Origin: an uncultured bacterium
Lineage (GTDB): Bacteria; Patescibacteriota; Minisyncoccia; Phycocordibacterales; GWA1-40-21
Length of the DNA stretch: 64,000 nt
Assembly: GCA_903831595.1 (NCBI GenBank)
Contig: CAIKXY010000002.1
Location: 28,339-92,338, forward strand
Direction: 5' to 3'
Made by a program: the position numbers and the translations under genes. This document shows, piece by piece, positions 16,853 through 27,552 of the stretch. The notes beneath the pieces were generated by a model, which saw only the letters and a list, made by a program, of their open reading frames with translations, had not been told where the DNA came from and did no database searches. How positions within the stretch are numbered: position 1 is the stretch's first letter; each line of letters starts with the position of its first letter.

Positions 16853-17626
16853 TTAAATATTACCATTTCCCAATAGTTCCCAAGTGCATAGGAAAAAAGA
16901 TTTAATCATTTGTACAATTGTTTTTGACTCTATAATCATAGAAATTGGATCTTTTTTATCAAGAGAAAACAACGCAATTTTATCTCCATAAATATATAAA
17001 GAACCCTGAAAGACAGACCCTTCCGGTAAAGTACGTACTTCTCTAAAAGCATCACTCTTAAAATACGAACCTAACTCTGATTTATCTGGGATAAGTATCA
17101 TTTTTGTGTAAATTTTATTTTGTTTTTTTATTTCATCTAATTTTGTAGGCAAATTTGGTGGGAGTAACTTACTTAATAAGGTATTAGTAAGCACATAAAT
17201 GTCTTTATATTTAGTCATTTCATTTTTATCAAACATTTCATCATATACTTTTTCAAGACTTCCATTTCCACGATATGTTCTTGTTGCAAAATTTGTTTCT
17301 TGGTTTTCGGCAAGATTTTTTATATCAGACAATATGGATTTGAAAATTTCACGTTTTTTATCCAATGATTTTTCGATTCGCATTGGATTTTCAGCCAAAA
17401 AATGTTTTTTGTTATTTATTGTATATGGGGAAATCAATTCTTTTTTTATTAGCCTTTCAATATATAGATAGACCGAGCTTCTAGGTATTGAAAGATTTTT
17501 TCCAACAGCAAAAGCAGTATTATCTTTCTTGTTGGAGCCAACTTTTGTAAGATAAAGATATATCTCAGCTTCTTGTCTATCAAGACCAAGTTCTATTAGA
17601 GATTCAATTGTTTTTGAGTTTTCCAT
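16853..17626 (-). CDS. TrmB-family transcriptional regulator (paralog 3)
   Basis: LGLDRQEAEIYL...LSIPRSSVYLYIERLIKKEL; IYGDKIALFS...IIES. Confidence 0.8.
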   Translation of the reverse strand: MENSKTIESLIELGLDRQEAEIYLYLTKVGSNKKDNTAFAVGKNLSIPRSSVYLYIERLIKKELISPYTINNKKHFLAENPMRIEKSLDKKREIFKSILSDIKNLAENQETNFATRTYRGNGSLEKVYDEMFDKNEMTKYKDIYVLTNTLLSKLLPPNLPTKLDEIKKQNKIYTKMILIPDKSELGSYFKSDAFREVRTLPEGSVFQGSLYIYGDKIALFSLDKKDPISMIIESKTIVQMIKSFFLCTWELLGNGNI

Positions 17627-17630
17627 AAAA

Positions 17631-17647
17631 AGTCATCATTTATGACT
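17631..17647. promoter_or_regulatory. Operator palindrome upstream of TrmB paralog 3
   Basis: AGTCA-TCATTTA-TGACT, 4 nt from the ATG. Confidence 0.65.
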
Positions 17648-17786
17648 ACTAATTCTAGCAATTATACATAAATAAATCAATGATAGAATTGTATATAGAT
17701 AATAACTGTCTAAAAAATATAGACAATATGTAATCTAAATGTTATTGTTTAGTTATTATTAATTTATTAATTAATTTATAAATATT

Positions 17787-18866
17787 ATGAAAAAAACATT
17801 TACTATCGCCGCCATCATATTTGTTGTCATTATTCTTGGTTTATATTTTGTAAACAAAAATCAAAAGAACATTACAAGTCAGCCCATCAAAATTGGTGTA
17901 ATACTTCCATTGACAGGCCCTGCTCAATCGGCTGGAGAGGCTGGTAGAAAGTCCGTTGAGCTTGCTATATCAAATCTTCCAGAAAACATTAGAAAAAATA
18001 TTCAAATAGTTTATGAGGATGATCAATCTGATACAAAACTTACAGTAACTGCAGCACAAAAACTAATTGAGGTTGATAAAGTTAAATCTTTAATTACGTA
18101 AAGTTCAGCTTCGTCTGTTGCGGCTTCGTATGTCGCTGAAAAAAGTTCTATTCCAATGATTGGACTTGGAAGTTCAGCAGATATTAATGCAAATAAACAG
18201 TGGGTAGTTCGATACGTACCAAGTTCATCATTGCTTATTAGTGCAATGGAAAAACAAATTCTTAACAGTAAGTATAAAAGAGTGGCAATAATTTGGAATC
18301 AAGCTGATGGCCCAAAAGCAAATGCTGAACAAACTGTTAAAACACTAACCGCTGCTGGTTATAATATTGTTGCGAATGAGTCAGTCGCTAAAGGAGAAAC
18401 TGATTTTAGAACATCAGTTACAAAAATAAAGTCCGCCAATCCTGAAGTGGTCATTGTTTTATTGTCTCCACAAGCTGGTGCATTCGCTAAACAGGTCCAA
18501 GATGTGGGCTGGAAAATACCTTTGGTCGGTATAATAAATTTTGAATCAACGGGACAAATTAAGATAGCCAACGGAGGATTAGATAATCAATTATATGTTG
18601 GAGATAAAAATGCTAATTTCCTTGATGAATATTACACCAAATACAACATGTACCCAGCAACCGCCGGAGACAATTTGTATGACGCCGTAATACAATTATC
18701 TAAAGCAAACATAGCAAGTAATGGGTCTAATTTGTCTGTGATGAAATATTTGAAGAAAGATTTCGTTGGAGTTTCTGGTGAATATAAATATTTGGGTGAT
18801 GGTTCCTACGACATTAGGCAGGTTGTCAAAACATGGAATGGCACTAAATTTATTGAGATAATATAG
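17787..18866 (+). pseudogene. Branched-chain amino-acid-type ABC substrate-binding protein interrupted by one in-frame TAA (18099-18101)
   Basis: IKIGVILPLTG...YEDDQSD...AAQKLIEVDKV, TAA, then same frame SSASSVAASYVAEKSSIPMI...GETDFRTSVTKIKSANPE. Confidence 0.8.
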
Positions 18867-18903
18867 CTAGATTAAAAAACCACCAGCCTGCGGATGGTGG
18901 TTT

Positions 18904-19365
18904 TTAAAATCCTAGTTTTTCCATTATTTTTTGGGATAAAGGTTCATGCATCTCTACTTCTGGAAGGTACTTTAGTAAAAATTCTCTCACATCTAAATGA
19001 TGATGTTCTTCAAGTGGTATTGAAATAAGTGTCATTGCTAATTTTTTTGATTTAAAAATTATTTTTTGATTATCTTTATCCATATTTTCTACCCAAAAAG
19101 ATTCAAGTGTCGCAAAAGGATATACTTCTTTTCCTACAGTAACACCTTTTTGATTGATACTTATATCAACGACTTTTGGCGCAATAATTGAAAATGACAT
19201 CAGAATTACTGTGGAAATAATTACAAGGATTGCAAAGAAACCATTGTGTGTAAAAAATGCACCAATAACAATTGCAAGCGCAATAAGAATTACTGCCCAG
19301 TACCAATCAGCAGTTTTATCTTTTCTTTTATATTCGAGTGCTTTCCAAGAAATTTTGTTTTCCAT
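18904..19365 (-). CDS. Conserved membrane-anchored hypothetical protein
   Basis: ISWKALEY...KTADWYW, two TMs, FATLESFW...EPLSQKIMEKLGF. Confidence 0.75.
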   Translation of the reverse strand: MENKISWKALEYKRKDKTADWYWAVILIALAIVIGAFFTHNGFFAILVIISTVILMSFSIIAPKVVDISINQKGVTVGKEVYPFATLESFWVENMDKDNQKIIFKSKKLAMTLISIPLEEHHHLDVREFLLKYLPEVEMHEPLSQKIMEKLGF

Positions 19366-19428
19366 GAAATTAAAATTATTTAACATGGTTAATTATACCA
19401 AACTTTTTTAAAATGGTATAATCGATCC

Positions 19429-20190
19429 ATGTCTAACAAGTTAATTATTGCAAATTGGAAGATGAATCCCGCTTCTCTAGATATGGCAAAAGAGATAATT
19501 ACTGAAATCAACAAGGAATCAAAGCATTTTGGAGATGTGAATCTAGTTGTCTGTCCGCCGTTTGTCTATTTAAATGAAGTTACGGGTGTTATTCATAATT
19601 CTAAAAAAATTGTTTTGGGTGCTCAGGATGTTTTTGTTGGTGAAGGAGTGTCGCATACGGGTGAAGTTGGTATTAAATTGCTTAAAAAAGCTGGAGTAGA
19701 ATATGTTTTGGTTGGACATTCCGAAAGACGAGAATTGCTTGATACTGATCAGATCGTGAAAGAAAAAATGATTGCGTCAATGAAAGGTGGATTAAAAGTG
19801 GTCCTTTGTGTTGGGGAAAAAGAGAGGAGTGAACATGGTGACCATTATCATGAAGTAAAAAGACAAATTGAAAATGCAATTATTAAACTTCCCAAAAAAT
19901 TAATTAAAAATTTGATAATTGCGTATGAACCTGTTTGGGCGATAGGAAAATCTGAGGAAGAAGCGATAAAACCCGAGCAGCTTCACGAGATTACAATTTT
20001 TATTAAGCGACTGATAAATGATATTTTGGGTTCGAAAGAATTGAAGAAAGTAAAAATACTTTATGGTGGTTCTGTCACGAAAAATAATGCAAAAGAGATA
20101 ATTGGGAAAGGAAATGTTGATGGATTACTTATTGGAAGAGAAAGTTTAAAAGTTAAAAATTTTGTCGAGCTGATAAAACAAATAAAATAA
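19429..20190 (+). CDS. tpiA: Triosephosphate isomerase
   Basis: ANWKMN, GHSERR, AYEPVWAIG, LYGGSV. Confidence 0.97.
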   Translation: MSNKLIIANWKMNPASLDMAKEIITEINKESKHFGDVNLVVCPPFVYLNEVTGVIHNSKKIVLGAQDVFVGEGVSHTGEVGIKLLKKAGVEYVLVGHSERRELLDTDQIVKEKMIASMKGGLKVVLCVGEKERSEHGDHYHEVKRQIENAIIKLPKKLIKNLIIAYEPVWAIGKSEEEAIKPEQLHEITIFIKRLINDILGSKELKKVKILYGGSVTKNNAKEIIGKGNVDGLLIGRESLKVKNFVELIKQIK

Positions 20191-20253
20191 TAAAATTAAA
20201 AGGCGGGTTTGCGAAGCAAACCCGCCTTTTAATTTATCTGCTATAATATCCAA

Positions 20254-21981
20254 ATGAAAAATTATTCAGTCAGAAATGAAATTTCAGAAAAAGCTAGTAA
20301 AGAATTGGCAAAATACCCAGAAATTTTACGTAAACTCCTATTCTATAGAGGAATTAAAAAAGAAAAAGACGCTATAGTATTTTTGAGCCCAGTCTTCGAA
20401 GACAATTATGATCCATATTTAATGAAAGATATGGATATTGCAGTTGAGAGAATACTAAAAGCCGTAGAAAAAAATGAAAAGGTAATCATTTATAGCGATT
20501 ATGATGCCGATGGAATACCAGGCGCTGTAATTTTGCATGATTTTTTTAAAAAAATAGGTTTCAAAAATTTTGAAAATTATATTCCACACCGAGTGCTTGA
20601 AGGTTTTGGTCTTAATGACGAAGCGATTGATGAATTTGCAAAAAATGGAGTTAATTTAATCATTACAGTTGATTGTGGCATTGCCGATGTTGAAGAAGCT
20701 GAAAAAATTAAGAAACACAAAATAGATTTGGTAATTACGGATCATCATTTACCAAGAATTTCTGAAAAAAATAAAGAGGAATTACCTCATGCACTCGCAA
20801 TATTAAATACAAGGCAATCAAAGTGTAAATATCCTGATAAAAATATTTGTGGAGCTGGCGTTGTATTCAAACTTGTGCAAGCACTCATAAAAAAGTCTGG
20901 GAAAAAGTTTGACATAGTAGATGGATGGGAAAAATGGCTTCTTGATATGGTGGCAATCGGGACAATTTCAGATATGGTTCCTTTAGTCGGTGAAAATAGA
21001 TTATTAGCACATTATGGTTTGAAAGTTTTGAGAAAATCTAGAAGACCTGGATTGCAAAGTCTTTTTTCTGTAACAAAAATTGACCAAAAAAATATTACAG
21101 AAGATGATATTGGCTTTATGATTTCTCCACGTATAAATGCAGCTTCAAGAATGGGTTTGCCTGAGGACGCATTTAATATGCTTGTGGCACAAAATGAAAT
21201 AGATGCTGTTAAATATGCACTTCATTTAAATAAAATAAACGATGATAGAAAAGTAATTGTAGCTCAAATGGTGAAAGAAATCCGCAAACACTGGGAAAAA
21301 TTTGACCCAGATAAAAAAAGAAAAGTTCTTGTCGCTGGAAATCCAGATTGGAAGCCATCACTTCTCGGACTTGTTGCAAACTCACTAATGGATGAACATG
21401 ATGGACCTGTATTTCTTTGGGGAAGAGAGGAAGGAAAAACTTTGAAAGGTTCTTGTCGTTCCGATGGATGTGTCGATATTGTCGCCATGATGCGAGAATC
21501 TGGAAATCTTTTAGAAGAATATGGTGGACACTCTGCTTCAGGGGGTTTTTCGATTAGTTTAGAAAAAGTTGATTTACTCGCCGATGGGCTTGAAGTCGCA
21601 TATCAAAAACTTTCTATTATTGGCAAAGAAAAAGAATTAATTGCTGATGTTGAAATAAAAATAGATGATGTAAATAATAATTTAGAAAGGCAAGTCAGCC
21701 AGCTTGCACCTTTTGGAATGGATAACCCCAAACCAATTTTTGCACTCCCAAATATTGAAATACATGATGTAAAGATTTTTGGAAAGAAAAATGACCACTT
21801 AAAAATCAATTTTAAAAATAGTAAAGGACAAATTATTTCTGCCATTGGATTTTTTATGAAGCCGACTGATTTTGATGCAAAAATAGAAAAAGGAGAAAAA
21901 ATAAATTTGCTTGCAAACTTGGAGAAAAGTTTCTTTGGCGGAAGGGAGGAAGTAAGGCTTAGAATCGTTGATTTGTCGTAA
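20254..21981 (+). CDS. recJ: Single-stranded-DNA exonuclease RecJ
   Basis: SDYDADG, TVDCG, TDHH, PRINAASR, GSCRS, GGHSASGG, LAPFGMDNPKP. Confidence 0.96.
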   Translation: MKNYSVRNEISEKASKELAKYPEILRKLLFYRGIKKEKDAIVFLSPVFEDNYDPYLMKDMDIAVERILKAVEKNEKVIIYSDYDADGIPGAVILHDFFKKIGFKNFENYIPHRVLEGFGLNDEAIDEFAKNGVNLIITVDCGIADVEEAEKIKKHKIDLVITDHHLPRISEKNKEELPHALAILNTRQSKCKYPDKNICGAGVVFKLVQALIKKSGKKFDIVDGWEKWLLDMVAIGTISDMVPLVGENRLLAHYGLKVLRKSRRPGLQSLFSVTKIDQKNITEDDIGFMISPRINAASRMGLPEDAFNMLVAQNEIDAVKYALHLNKINDDRKVIVAQMVKEIRKHWEKFDPDKKRKVLVAGNPDWKPSLLGLVANSLMDEHDGPVFLWGREEGKTLKGSCRSDGCVDIVAMMRESGNLLEEYGGHSASGGFSISLEKVDLLADGLEVAYQKLSIIGKEKELIADVEIKIDDVNNNLERQVSQLAPFGMDNPKPIFALPNIEIHDVKIFGKKNDHLKINFKNSKGQIISAIGFFMKPTDFDAKIEKGEKINLLANLEKSFFGGREEVRLRIVDLS

Positions 21982-22025
21982 GCGCGCCTGTTTTTAAACA
22001 TAAGCTATTGTTGTATAATTAAATT

Positions 22026-25000
22026 ATGGAACAAGAATCTCAATTAGTTGATGCCGGTCTTAATGAGGAAATAAGCAAAGAAGCGATTAAAAGGCAAGAA
22101 GACGAAGCCAAATTTATTAGTGGTTATATAAAATCGACAGAAAATATTAATCAAGAAATTTCTAAATTAGAAATAACAATTAAAAGAATATTTGGTATTT
22201 TTTCTACTGAAATTAATAAAAATGACTATTTGCAATCGCTGCCTGATATAGAAAAAAGCCTAAAAGATTTACAATTGAATGGCAATAAAGATATTAATTA
22301 TTTTATCGAACAATCCCCAATAATATTATGTAGCCTTAAGAAACTAAAAGAATCAACTGAAATAAATTTAGAAGCTGACAATCAAACTAAAATAAATAAA
22401 GAAAAAATTAAAAAAATTGAAGAAGAGATTGCATCACTAAAAGAGTATAATTTTTTCAAAAAAATAGTAAGGTCAGCAGACTCAAAAATCAAAAAACTAG
22501 AATCTGATAAACAGCAGCTAGTTAGTATTAATAATGAAGCTTCAAGAATTAGTACAGAAAATGTTAAACTTAATAAAGAAATAGGCAAAACTTTGCTTGA
22601 AGTTGAAAAAACAATTTCAAATATCGCCCAAAATGAGATTACAGAAAAATTGGGCAAAGAAGTAAAAATGGCGATTAATAAGTCTTGGGAATTAATGCAA
22701 GACATAAATTCAAACGGTCTTAGCTTATCAATTGGTGAATCATATATAAAAAATATTGCCTTACCATCTATTAATGGTTCTGTGGACAAAAATCTTGAAA
22801 ATAAATTATTTACTGAGTATAAATTATATACAGAAAGCGGGTATGAGGAGTACACAAAACATAAAAATAATGTAATTGATCTAGCTGACGAATTAAAGAT
22901 AATAAGACCAAATGAGCTTTTTAATATTGACAACGATGCACTGGGGCTATTGTTTTCAATAGATGTCTCAGAAAAAATCTCTAATTTAAAAAATACATTT
23001 ATTAATCTACAACAAACATTAAGCAAAAGTAATGCTGTAAATAATAGTTTTATATTATCAGATAGAGACATAGAAAATAACTTTGGTCTAGAAATTCGTA
23101 CCTCAAGTCAATATAATCAAATTATTCTTGATATGGAGATGGAAAAACAACCACTCCTTAAAAAATTAGGCTATCATGAAATAAAAGATTGGCAGGCAGT
23201 AAAAAAATCCCAATTGGTTAATTCAATTTTTGGAGAAAAAGTTAAGCGTGTTGATGATGCAATATATAAATATCTAATTCCTCAAGTTACAACTAGTTTT
23301 GATGACTCTGCGTTAATATTTTCATTAAATTACTATAAAACACCAGAAGCTGTACGTGCAGCTTTATTATTGAGCATATCTAACAAGTATTATTGCTCGC
23401 GTGAAGCCAACTTTCTCATTAATAGTTTGTCAAAGGATAAAAAATGGTTAGAAGTTTTGGATAACACAGAAAAAAAATATCCATATTTAAAACCTTTACA
23501 TGAGATATTAGCCAAATGGAATGAGTCTGATTTTGATAGTAGCTCAATTTTTTCAAGAAATCCTAAAATTAATAATAATTTGCTACAAAATCTTGTTACT
23601 TCCATAGCTGAAAACGAGAATAATAAAAGTGAATTGGGTAAAAAAACAACAACGTTGGCCTTTAATTCTCTGGGAGCAGATCAAATGGTTCCGTTTTTAG
23701 AAAAAAACGATTTGATTTCAAAAGATGAAAAAGCAAAAATAGAAAGTCTTTTTGTATCATGGCCAGATAACCATAATTTGAAGATTAAATTAAAAGATTG
23801 TTTTTATGCAATGCTATGTAATAAATATGAGAATGAAGATACCAAAGATGAACATGAAAAAATGGATTTCTATTTAAAAATTTTTGATTCCTATAAGGAA
23901 AGTTTTTCTAAGTACAATAAATTTGATGAGGAAAAAATAATCACATCTTTTATTGATTTAGTAAATAAAAATAGATTAACAAAAGATAGGGTATTGGAAT
24001 TGGCTAATCCAATTAAAACGAAAAATGGTGTGGTAAATTTTATGAATCTTGAATCAAATGCAGGAGCTCTAGATGCACCTGAACTTTTTTTAGATAGTAA
24101 TGATGGTTTAGATATATTTACTCATTTAGAAAAAAAAGGAATCGATTCAATAGATCCAAGATTAGATGGTGTAATTGGAGACAAACTAATCCATAGTGAC
24201 ATAAAAGATTATTTAATAAAAGATACAATTAATTATGTTAATTCAAGATTTGTCAATAATAATTTAGATGGCAATTTAGAAATAACAAAAAATAATTGGA
24301 AATCATTATTACTAAATTATATTCAATCTAATAACTGGGATTTTAATTTGGCGACTGGGCCAGCAAAAGGATTACACGAAAAAATATATTATATTTTTTC
24401 TTTGGACGGCTCAAAAGATTTATGTCTTAATGAAATGAAAAAAACCTGGATTCAATACTTGAATAGTTCAGATAAAAATAAATTTCCCTTATCGTCAAGT
24501 ATTATTGCTCAATCTATTAAAAATAATGGTGGTGCTGGACCGCTTAGCCAAATTGCATCACTTGGTTTTTTCCAAGATAATTATTCACTGGTTATTGCCA
24601 GTGAGCAAATTACAGAAAAAACAAAGAATCAACTTTTTGATGGTATGAAAATGATGGAGGAGAAATTTATTAAAGAAAAATGGTCGAACGAGGACACCAC
24701 AAATTTCTATAATATATCCAGAGACATTTTATCTGTTGCACCGAGCTTATTCTCAACATACCTTGAGGTTTTTGTGAAGCTTAAACAAAAAGATACCAAG
24801 ACATTCTTGCAAGATATATTCCCATTACACAGGGCAGTACTTTCGCTTATAGAAAAAAAAGATGGAGATGGACACAGAACATTTGCTAAGAGGGGGTTGG
24901 CTGGGATAAGAAAAAATTTTGTAAGATCAATTTTGGATGAGTCTGGATCTATTAAGCCATTCTCTGAACAAAAAAAAGAGCTCACTGATTTTATATTGGA

Positions 25001-26633
25001 AAATTTTAAAAATAAATTTGGAATAATTAAAGTTAAGGAAAATTTTACTCCAGAACACCTTCGTTCGACGAGTAATATTTCAATGTATTGGTCAAATTTT
25101 AATCGTAAGAGTGATACATATTTTGAAAAAGTAATGAGTGTTTATTTAGCCCTAATGATTAATGATAAGTGGGATGATTATAAAAAAGGAGAAAAAATAA
25201 ATTTTGAAGAATTATTGACTCAAGAAAGAGCATCTTTTGCTAATAATCTAAGTAAGGATAAATTAGAAATGAATCCAATTATACAGCAAAATTTAGGTAT
25301 AAATGAAAAGGATTTGCCAGAGTTTTATAATATTTTAAGTTCAGAAGTGGGAAATATAGTAATTGGAAACGTTGAAACAATAGATAACAAGCTAAATAAT
25401 GTTATTTTAAATTTAGATAGTCTTAAAGATTTGGATTTATATCCACCAGATTCATTAGATAGGCAAAGAATGAAAATACTATTGGATTATGGAAGCAAAA
25501 AAATTGGTGAAGTAGTTGCAAAAACTTATCAATCACTAATAAAGACGAAAGGGGACATCAAATTCTCGGCGGACGAACAAAGTATCAAAAATGAAATAGA
25601 ATCTATATTAAAGATTAACAATTTAGAAATAAACACAGCAAATATTAAGAAAGTATTTCAAGAAGAGATGAGACCATTTTCTACTGTCATTAATATGTTT
25701 AGTTTTGTGGAAGAGATTGGAGTTAAAAACGACATATCAGAACTCAGAGAATTATTGAAACCTTCATCAGAAATAATCTCTATTTTTAATAAATTAGGTG
25801 AAGAATTTAAACAGACATCTGGTGCTATGGCCCTATCCCAGGATTTGGGATATTTGGAAAGTGTAATTAGTAAAAATGAAGATAAAATATCTAGTGAAGA
25901 AAATTCGTCAGTAAAAAAATACTTAGATGAGATAAATAAAAAATTAACAAAACTTGAAGATAACTATAAAAAGATTATTGATAAATTTAAAAATGTAAAG
26001 CAAGGGCATGGAGTTGTCGAAAACAAGTCATTAAAAGATAGACTTAATAATATAGACAAAATTATTAACTTGCCAGATGATCAGGTTGTAGTAACGAGCG
26101 GCATAACGTCAAATTTAAATTATATTATAGAAAATATAAGAAATTGTTTATCTTGTGTGACTAATGGTGTTAATAATGATACCAATTTGACCTTTGGCGA
26201 TCAAAACAAGTTTTATTTGTATAGCAAAACCAATCAAGGGCCAAAATCAATCTCAGATCAAATTTTGTTTCTTGAGCCAGTAAAATATGATGGTGTATCT
26301 GAAATGTCTTTTGTTTTTGATAAAGTATATGGTACAAAAACCCCAACGATTTTATTGAACCAAATTGAAGTTGTAATAAAAAAATATAAAGAAATTAAAA
26401 AGAAATTTCCGGATTCAAGACTTTCTTTATTCGTTACTAATGCAGCCTTAGAATCTTCTGGTTTATCTGTCGAATCTCTTAAGCGCGATCTACCAAATAT
26501 GAAGTGTGGGACAAAAACTATTAATATAAACGTTTTAAAATCCCCAGTGGCTGATCACTATATTGAAATTGGTAGCGGAAGTAGTAGGTCATCTGGTGGT
26601 GAGATGGTTGTTAACGGAGTGTTATTAAAATAG
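22026..26633 (+). CDS. Large (1535 aa) cytoplasmic hypothetical protein
   Basis: Long ORF, N-terminal coiled coil, no signal peptide; C-terminal CLSC...N..LTFGDQNKF...FDKVYG segment. Confidence 0.75.
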   Translation: MEQESQLVDAGLNEEISKEAIKRQEDEAKFISGYIKSTENINQEISKLEITIKRIFGIFSTEINKNDYLQSLPDIEKSLKDLQLNGNKDINYFIEQSPIILCSLKKLKESTEINLEADNQTKINKEKIKKIEEEIASLKEYNFFKKIVRSADSKIKKLESDKQQLVSINNEASRISTENVKLNKEIGKTLLEVEKTISNIAQNEITEKLGKEVKMAINKSWELMQDINSNGLSLSIGESYIKNIALPSINGSVDKNLENKLFTEYKLYTESGYEEYTKHKNNVIDLADELKIIRPNELFNIDNDALGLLFSIDVSEKISNLKNTFINLQQTLSKSNAVNNSFILSDRDIENNFGLEIRTSSQYNQIILDMEMEKQPLLKKLGYHEIKDWQAVKKSQLVNSIFGEKVKRVDDAIYKYLIPQVTTSFDDSALIFSLNYYKTPEAVRAALLLSISNKYYCSREANFLINSLSKDKKWLEVLDNTEKKYPYLKPLHEILAKWNESDFDSSSIFSRNPKINNNLLQNLVTSIAENENNKSELGKKTTTLAFNSLGADQMVPFLEKNDLISKDEKAKIESLFVSWPDNHNLKIKLKDCFYAMLCNKYENEDTKDEHEKMDFYLKIFDSYKESFSKYNKFDEEKIITSFIDLVNKNRLTKDRVLELANPIKTKNGVVNFMNLESNAGALDAPELFLDSNDGLDIFTHLEKKGIDSIDPRLDGVIGDKLIHSDIKDYLIKDTINYVNSRFVNNNLDGNLEITKNNWKSLLLNYIQSNNWDFNLATGPAKGLHEKIYYIFSLDGSKDLCLNEMKKTWIQYLNSSDKNKFPLSSSIIAQSIKNNGGAGPLSQIASLGFFQDNYSLVIASEQITEKTKNQLFDGMKMMEEKFIKEKWSNEDTTNFYNISRDILSVAPSLFSTYLEVFVKLKQKDTKTFLQDIFPLHRAVLSLIEKKDGDGHRTFAKRGLAGIRKNFVRSILDESGSIKPFSEQKKELTDFILENFKNKFGIIKVKENFTPEHLRSTSNISMYWSNFNRKSDTYFEKVMSVYLALMINDKWDDYKKGEKINFEELLTQERASFANNLSKDKLEMNPIIQQNLGINEKDLPEFYNILSSEVGNIVIGNVETIDNKLNNVILNLDSLKDLDLYPPDSLDRQRMKILLDYGSKKIGEVVAKTYQSLIKTKGDIKFSADEQSIKNEIESILKINNLEINTANIKKVFQEEMRPFSTVINMFSFVEEIGVKNDISELRELLKPSSEIISIFNKLGEEFKQTSGAMALSQDLGYLESVISKNEDKISSEENSSVKKYLDEINKKLTKLEDNYKKIIDKFKNVKQGHGVVENKSLKDRLNNIDKIINLPDDQVVVTSGITSNLNYIIENIRNCLSCVTNGVNNDTNLTFGDQNKFYLYSKTNQGPKSISDQILFLEPVKYDGVSEMSFVFDKVYGTKTPTILLNQIEVVIKKYKEIKKKFPDSRLSLFVTNAALESSGLSVESLKRDLPNMKCGTKTININVLKSPVADHYIEIGSGSSRSSGGEMVVNGVLLK

Positions 26634-26991
26634 GAAAAGGAGAAAGAATTAATTTTCTTGTGAACTTAGAAAAAAGTTTTTTGGTTTAAGGGAAGAGTTG
26701 AGATTAAGAATTATAGATATAGTTTAAATTTTGCTAATCTAAAATCATTAATCCACATATCAGCAAAGGCTGATATTGCTGGAGGAAATTTTTTTGTAAT
26801 ATATAACTTTTTTACTTGCGAATTGAGCAATTTTAGGGTAAATTAATGCTTGTTTGGGAAAAAACACGGAGAGGTGTCAGAGTGGGATAAAAGTGAACTG
26901 CTTTACTTTTATCCACAAACGAAGTTTGGGCGGCAACCAATCTGACACTATTCCGAAGGACGACAAATTTGAGTGACAACGAAATATATTT

Positions 26992-27078
26992 GGAGAGGTG
27001 TCAGAGTGGTTGAATGAACCGGTCTTGAAAACCGGAAGGCCGGAAACGGTCTCGCGAGTTCGAATCTCGCCCTCTCCG
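26992..27078 (+). tRNA. tRNA-Ser(TGA)
   Basis: GGAGAGG/CCTCTCC acceptor, CCGGT-CTTGAAA-ACCGG anticodon arm, long variable arm, GTTCGAATC; discriminator G. Confidence 0.95.
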
Positions 27079-27116
27079 CATAACAAAAAGCGCCGCGGAT
27101 TACCGCGGCGCTTTTA

Positions 27117-27356
27117 TTATTTTGCAATATCTTTATTTTTCCTACCTTTTATATATAGATATACCAAATAGATTATCTCTATAATTCCCGCTGTGTTTAA
27201 AAATCCTAAAATTATAAAAATAGTCAAATGGTTATTTTTTACCGCTTTCCACGAAGCAATAAGCTTCCAAACTATTGACCAAACTAATAAAATAATCACC
27301 CAAGGATTTGCACTCATATAGGAGCTGATTGCCCCGTTTACTATTTGTGTGTTCAT
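27117..27356 (-). CDS. Small conserved membrane protein (DUF5652-like)
   Basis: LLVWSIVWKLIASWKAVKN...LNTAGIIEIIYL. Confidence 0.75.
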   Translation of the reverse strand: MNTQIVNGAISSYMSANPWVIILLVWSIVWKLIASWKAVKNNHLTIFIILGFLNTAGIIEIIYLVYLYIKGRKNKDIAK

Positions 27357-27552
27357 AAGATAATTATAACATAGATGTCTATATTTTGAATACTTGCACC
27401 ATATTTTGTATTATTTTGTGAATTATAGAATGACAAAAGTTGTATATATCTAAAAAATATGAATACTCTTTTAATTTTCAAAAAAAGTGTTACTATTAAT
27501 TAAGATAATAGCTTGATTTTTTGCTATTATTTTTTATATTATTTAACTAAAG

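Noticed and set aside
18099-18101. Stop-codon reassignment (e.g. code 25) explaining the split gene
   Set aside because: The stop is TAA, which ends many genes here; conserved genes translate fully in code 11 and TGA also serves as stop
26877-27086. 69-aa minus ORF, and similar ORFs at 52297-52497, 53853-54113 and 55722-56045
   Set aside because: They overlap tRNA genes and their structured flanks
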